This document shows, piece after piece, positions 60,622 through 64,000 of a DNA stretch of 64,000 nucleotides. The stretch spans positions 800,001 through 864,000 of the forward strand of contig CAXXKA010000006.1 in NCBI GenBank assembly GCA_963668625.2. The letters run 5' to 3'. Origin of the DNA: an uncultured candidate division Zixibacteria bacterium. Lineage in GTDB: Bacteria > Zixibacteria > MSB-5A5 > UBA10806 > 4484-95. Position numbers and translations under genes: made by a program. Each line of letters opens with the position of its first letter. Position 1 is the first letter of the stretch. Below the pieces are notes generated by a model, which saw nothing but the letters and a program-made list of their open reading frames with translations, searched no databases and was not told where the DNA came from.

Positions 60622-61305
60622 TTACCGCCCATATACAATGAATATATCCAATGCCACCCCTAGTGTCCAGTGCCATATGAATATCGGCCAGATAGATCGG
60701 GTTTTCAGGACAATTATCCCGAAAACTATCCCGGCAAAAATCGCGCTGAATATCTCGCCATCCGGTTTGCCGATATGTATCAGACAGGAGGGGATGGTTT
60801 GAATAAGCACGCTGTTTAGTTCTCCGAATTTACTTTTCAATCCGAATAGCATGAAACCCCGGAAAAACACCTCCCAGCCTATATAGTACAGGCCATACAT
60901 GAGCCAGTATTGCCAGCCGACCGAGTGATTATGCAATAGTCCCCGGTATAGCGGATACTCAGCCATGAAATCGGGATTATCGGCGGTCAGGTACGCAATC
61001 AGTACCATCACCGGTATACCTGCTATCGCGATAATCAACGATAATCTGCTGATACCTAATGACAGCCCCATATCTTTTAAATAATCTCCGAATCCGAAAC
61101 GCCAGATTAATACTGGAATTATACCCATCAAAACGAAAGAGGCTAAAAAATAATAGTACTGAGATATCGGGCCGTTTACCGGGCCGAAATGATTTTCATA
61201 AAAATCCGCTGAGCCGTAATAAACAAATATCGTAAGTACGATCGAACAATACAACAGTATAGCCGAGGTTCTCACATTACTGATTTTTGGAATTTCTAAA
61301 CGCAT
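60622..61305 (-). CDS. CPBP (Abi/CAAX) intramembrane metalloprotease
   Basis: WEVFFRG, HIGKP..E, SIWP...WH. Confidence 0.82.
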   Translation of the reverse strand: MRLEIPKISNVRTSAILLYCSIVLTIFVYYGSADFYENHFGPVNGPISQYYYFLASFVLMGIIPVLIWRFGFGDYLKDMGLSLGISRLSLIIAIAGIPVMVLIAYLTADNPDFMAEYPLYRGLLHNHSVGWQYWLMYGLYYIGWEVFFRGFMLFGLKSKFGELNSVLIQTIPSCLIHIGKPDGEIFSAIFAGIVFGIIVLKTRSIWPIFIWHWTLGVALDIFIVYGR

Positions 61306-61434
61306 TTACACTCCTGCAACTAATACGTGAATGCCTATTATAGGGTTCAATTAAATCCCTGTCAATAATATACAAAATACTTGATATGCATCCGAATCTG
61401 ATATATGTTTGGTGAATTGAGAAAGGATGCTTAA

Positions 61435-62853
61435 ATGAAGAGAATGCTTACTTTGTTTGTTGTCTGTGCCGTAACCCTGTTTACTTACCAGGTGTTTGCC
61501 CAGATTGGCCACGAACAGGAAACTGAGATACGCGATACTTCATCAGTTTTCGAAAAACATGTCGAGCCTGTCGAAAGCTCGGAACATCAAACTGAGCCCG
61601 TGGAGTCCGAGGATTCCGGCCACGGGAACTCCGACTTTGCCGAAATCTTGATTTCACTGGTGATTATTTTATTGGCGGCTAAAATTGGCGGTGATTTATG
61701 CGAGAGGATAAAACAACCGGCAGTTTTAGGCGAGCTGTTGTTTGGTGTAATTATCGGTAACCTGTATTTGTTGGGATTTCATGGATTCGAGCACATTAAG
61801 CATCACATTTCAATCGAAATATTGGCGGAAATAGGCGTAATCATCCTGCTTTTCGAGGTTGGTCTGGAGTCGAATCTCAAAGAAATGATCAAAGTCGGCT
61901 TGCTATCGTTTTTGGTGGCCGTGCTTGGCGTAATCGCGCCGTTTTTGCTCGGCTGGGGCGTTTCGGCGTATTTTATGCCTGAAGCCTCGATATATGTCCA
62001 CGTATTCATAGGCGCGACTTTAACCGCCACCTCGGTGGGAATAACCGCCAGGGTTCTTCAAGATATGGGGAAAATTCGAACTCGGGAATCGAAGATTATT
62101 CTGGGAGCGGCAGTTATCGATGATATTCTCGGGCTCGTAATCCTGGCAATCGTTATGGGTATCATAACCTCGGTAAATACCGGCGGTGGTGATGTTTCCA
62201 GCCTCCAGATACTGTTGATCGTCGGCAAAGCGTTCGCGTTTATCGTAGGCTCGATCCTGATAGGCGGCTTTCTTGCACCTTATCTTTTCAGGTTCGTTGC
62301 CCGGATGCGTGGGGCCGGGCTATTAATATCGTTTGCCCTGATGTTCTGTTTCGTGCTGGCTTATATCGCCCAACTCATTAATTTAGCTCCGATCGTTGGC
62401 GCATTCGCCGCAGGTCTAATCCTCGATGATGTCCATTATAAGAGCCTGACAGATAAAGGCGAGAAACAGCTCGGCGAGTTACTTAAACCAATTGCTGCAT
62501 TCCTGGTACCGATATTTTTCGTTCATATGGGCATGCGGGTAGAACTTCTGAGCTTTGGCAATGTTGCCATTCTCGGTTTCGCCATGGTTTTGACACTGGT
62601 TGCTATAATAGGCAAGCAGATTTGCTCGCTGGGAGTTGTTTTCGAGAAAAATATCAATAAATGGGTTATCGGACTGGGGATGATACCCAGAGGCGAAGTA
62701 GGCCTGATATTCGCCGGGATCGGTTCCAAGCTTATGATCGATAATGTACCGGTTATCGATTCGAACACGTTCTCAGCGGTTGTCATTATGGTTATCCTTA
62801 CAACTTTGATAACACCTCCTGTTTTAAAGGCAGTATTTTCAAGAAGTTCTTAG
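61435..62853 (+). CDS. Cation:proton antiporter (CPA2/NapA-like)
   Basis: QPAVLGEL, LLFEVGLE, ATSVGIT, AAVIDD, GAFAAGL, PRGEVGL. Confidence 0.9.
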   Translation: MKRMLTLFVVCAVTLFTYQVFAQIGHEQETEIRDTSSVFEKHVEPVESSEHQTEPVESEDSGHGNSDFAEILISLVIILLAAKIGGDLCERIKQPAVLGELLFGVIIGNLYLLGFHGFEHIKHHISIEILAEIGVIILLFEVGLESNLKEMIKVGLLSFLVAVLGVIAPFLLGWGVSAYFMPEASIYVHVFIGATLTATSVGITARVLQDMGKIRTRESKIILGAAVIDDILGLVILAIVMGIITSVNTGGGDVSSLQILLIVGKAFAFIVGSILIGGFLAPYLFRFVARMRGAGLLISFALMFCFVLAYIAQLINLAPIVGAFAAGLILDDVHYKSLTDKGEKQLGELLKPIAAFLVPIFFVHMGMRVELLSFGNVAILGFAMVLTLVAIIGKQICSLGVVFEKNINKWVIGLGMIPRGEVGLIFAGIGSKLMIDNVPVIDSNTFSAVVIMVILTTLITPPVLKAVFSRSS

Positions 62854-62913
62854 TGACTTCCTTAACATATCCACCTATATGACGATAAAGAAATAAGGTG
62901 GATAGGTACGTTT

Positions 62914-64000
62914 ATGTCTTTGACCGGTAGAATCGAAAAACTTTATTTTATCGCCAAGCTGTTCGCTATAGCGCCGCTGGTTAGCTGGGTTTACTTCCAT
63001 GCTAAAAGCGATATATTATCCCAATTTACAGTACTACTTCTTGTTTATGGTCTTATAAACATGCTAATCATGTGGTTGTCGGGTAAACGCCTGATCAAAG
63101 GATCCGGTATATATTTCCCGTTAACAGCTATTGATGTGCTTTACGTATTCTCCTCGATGGCTTATTTCGGGGAAGCGACACAGAATATGTATGTGCTGTT
63201 TTATTTCTTGATACTACTGCTTTCGATTATCAGGCCTGCCTCGGCGGTTATACTGGCTGCTGCCGTTTTTACCGTTACATATATAAGCACCTCGTTAATC
63301 AGTCCGGAAACGGTTACTGTCGGCGAGATAGTGATACGTTGTTTATATATTTGGCTTACCGGCGGAATGGGCTTTTTTATTGCTCGCTTTATCGGCTCCT
63401 CGGAGAAAAAACTGCTTAAAACCCTGGATGTTTTAAACGAACGTACATGGGAACTCGAATCTTCTCAGTCTATGCTCGAGAATATGTACGAGACAACGCG
63501 AATGTTTTCTACGATTCTCGACATCTACGAGTTAATGGATTCGGTATTGAATGTCGCTAAAGAGCTTCTTCAGGTGAAAAAATGTACTATTATGATGATT
63601 GATCAACGTGATAAAAACCTCTGTATCTATGCTGAACTCGATTATAATAAGAAACATATCTATAAACCGCCGAAAAGCGTCTCGGAAAAGATGCCAAACG
63701 ATATCGGTTCTTTAATTGCCGCCAAATACAGCGAAAGGCTGATTATTGGCGAGGATAAAAGCAAACGGGTGATGGAGGTGCCGCTTATATCTCATGGCAA
63801 AGTGCTGGGGCTTATCCAGATAGAGCCCCCGGCGAATCAGGAATATGCCGAAAAGGAACGCAAGAATTTCACCATCCTGGCCAACGCCACCGCTATCGCT
63901 ATGGATAACGCGGTTTTGCATATGAAAATGCAGGAGTTAACGGTCATCGATGAGTTAACCGGGTTGTTTAATTATCGCTATTTCAGGTCAAAACTCTCCG
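62914..64000 (+). CDS. Membrane sensor GAF-GGDEF diguanylate cyclase (3' truncated by window)
   Basis: Open frame from ATG 62914 with several TMs, a GAF-like VPLISHGKVLGLI segment, ending AMDNAVLH...IDELTGLFNYRYF. Confidence 0.8.
   Translation, partial: MSLTGRIEKLYFIAKLFAIAPLVSWVYFHAKSDILSQFTVLLLVYGLINMLIMWLSGKRLIKGSGIYFPLTAIDVLYVFSSMAYFGEATQNMYVLFYFLILLLSIIRPASAVILAAAVFTVTYISTSLISPETVTVGEIVIRCLYIWLTGGMGFFIARFIGSSEKKLLKTLDVLNERTWELESSQSMLENMYETTRMFSTILDIYELMDSVLNVAKELLQVKKCTIMMIDQRDKNLCIYAELDYNKKHIYKPPKSVSEKMPNDIGSLIAAKYSERLIIGEDKSKRVMEVPLISHGKVLGLIQIEPPANQEYAEKERKNFTILANATAIAMDNAVLHMKMQELTVIDELTGLFNYRYFRSKLS

Overview
Bacterial genomic window, probably from an FCB-superphylum lineage (Ca. 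Zixibacteria-like is my inference from the many 'T9SS type-A/FlgD-Ig' C-terminal tails plus the qmo/dsr genes). The left ~36.7 kb is AT-rich and accessory. It holds (i) a tandem array of at least 9 mosaic paralogous secreted BNR/Asp-box beta-propeller genes, two interrupted by IS elements; (ii) a large secreted propeller/beta-helix gene and a DNRLRE-like gene; (iii) a three-gene cassette (sigma-like protein, zinc-finger anti-sigma with an internal YVLAA motif, membrane-anchored ATPase-less Lon protease) followed by a secreted C10 cysteine protease, with the motif TTCTACAAAT-N10-GCAGCTAT in front of both the anti-sigma and the C10 genes; (iv) two related tyrosine integrases diverging from a tRNA-Arg(ACG) 3' fragment; and (v) IS debris, an orphan RHS toxin tip with a likely immunity gene, and a direct-repeat-flanked 4-gene cassette. 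The right ~27 kb looks like core genome: an OmpR-type two-component system divergent from a PDZ/NEW3/ABC exporter operon, tdk-upp, a qmoABC-dsrJOP-kinase-regulator operon, c-di-GMP genes, PAP2, CPBP and a cation/H+ antiporter. The best candidate for an undescribed system is the sigma/anti-sigma/membrane-Lon cassette, which resembles CalpL-CalpT-CalpS but lacks CRISPR/SAVED components.
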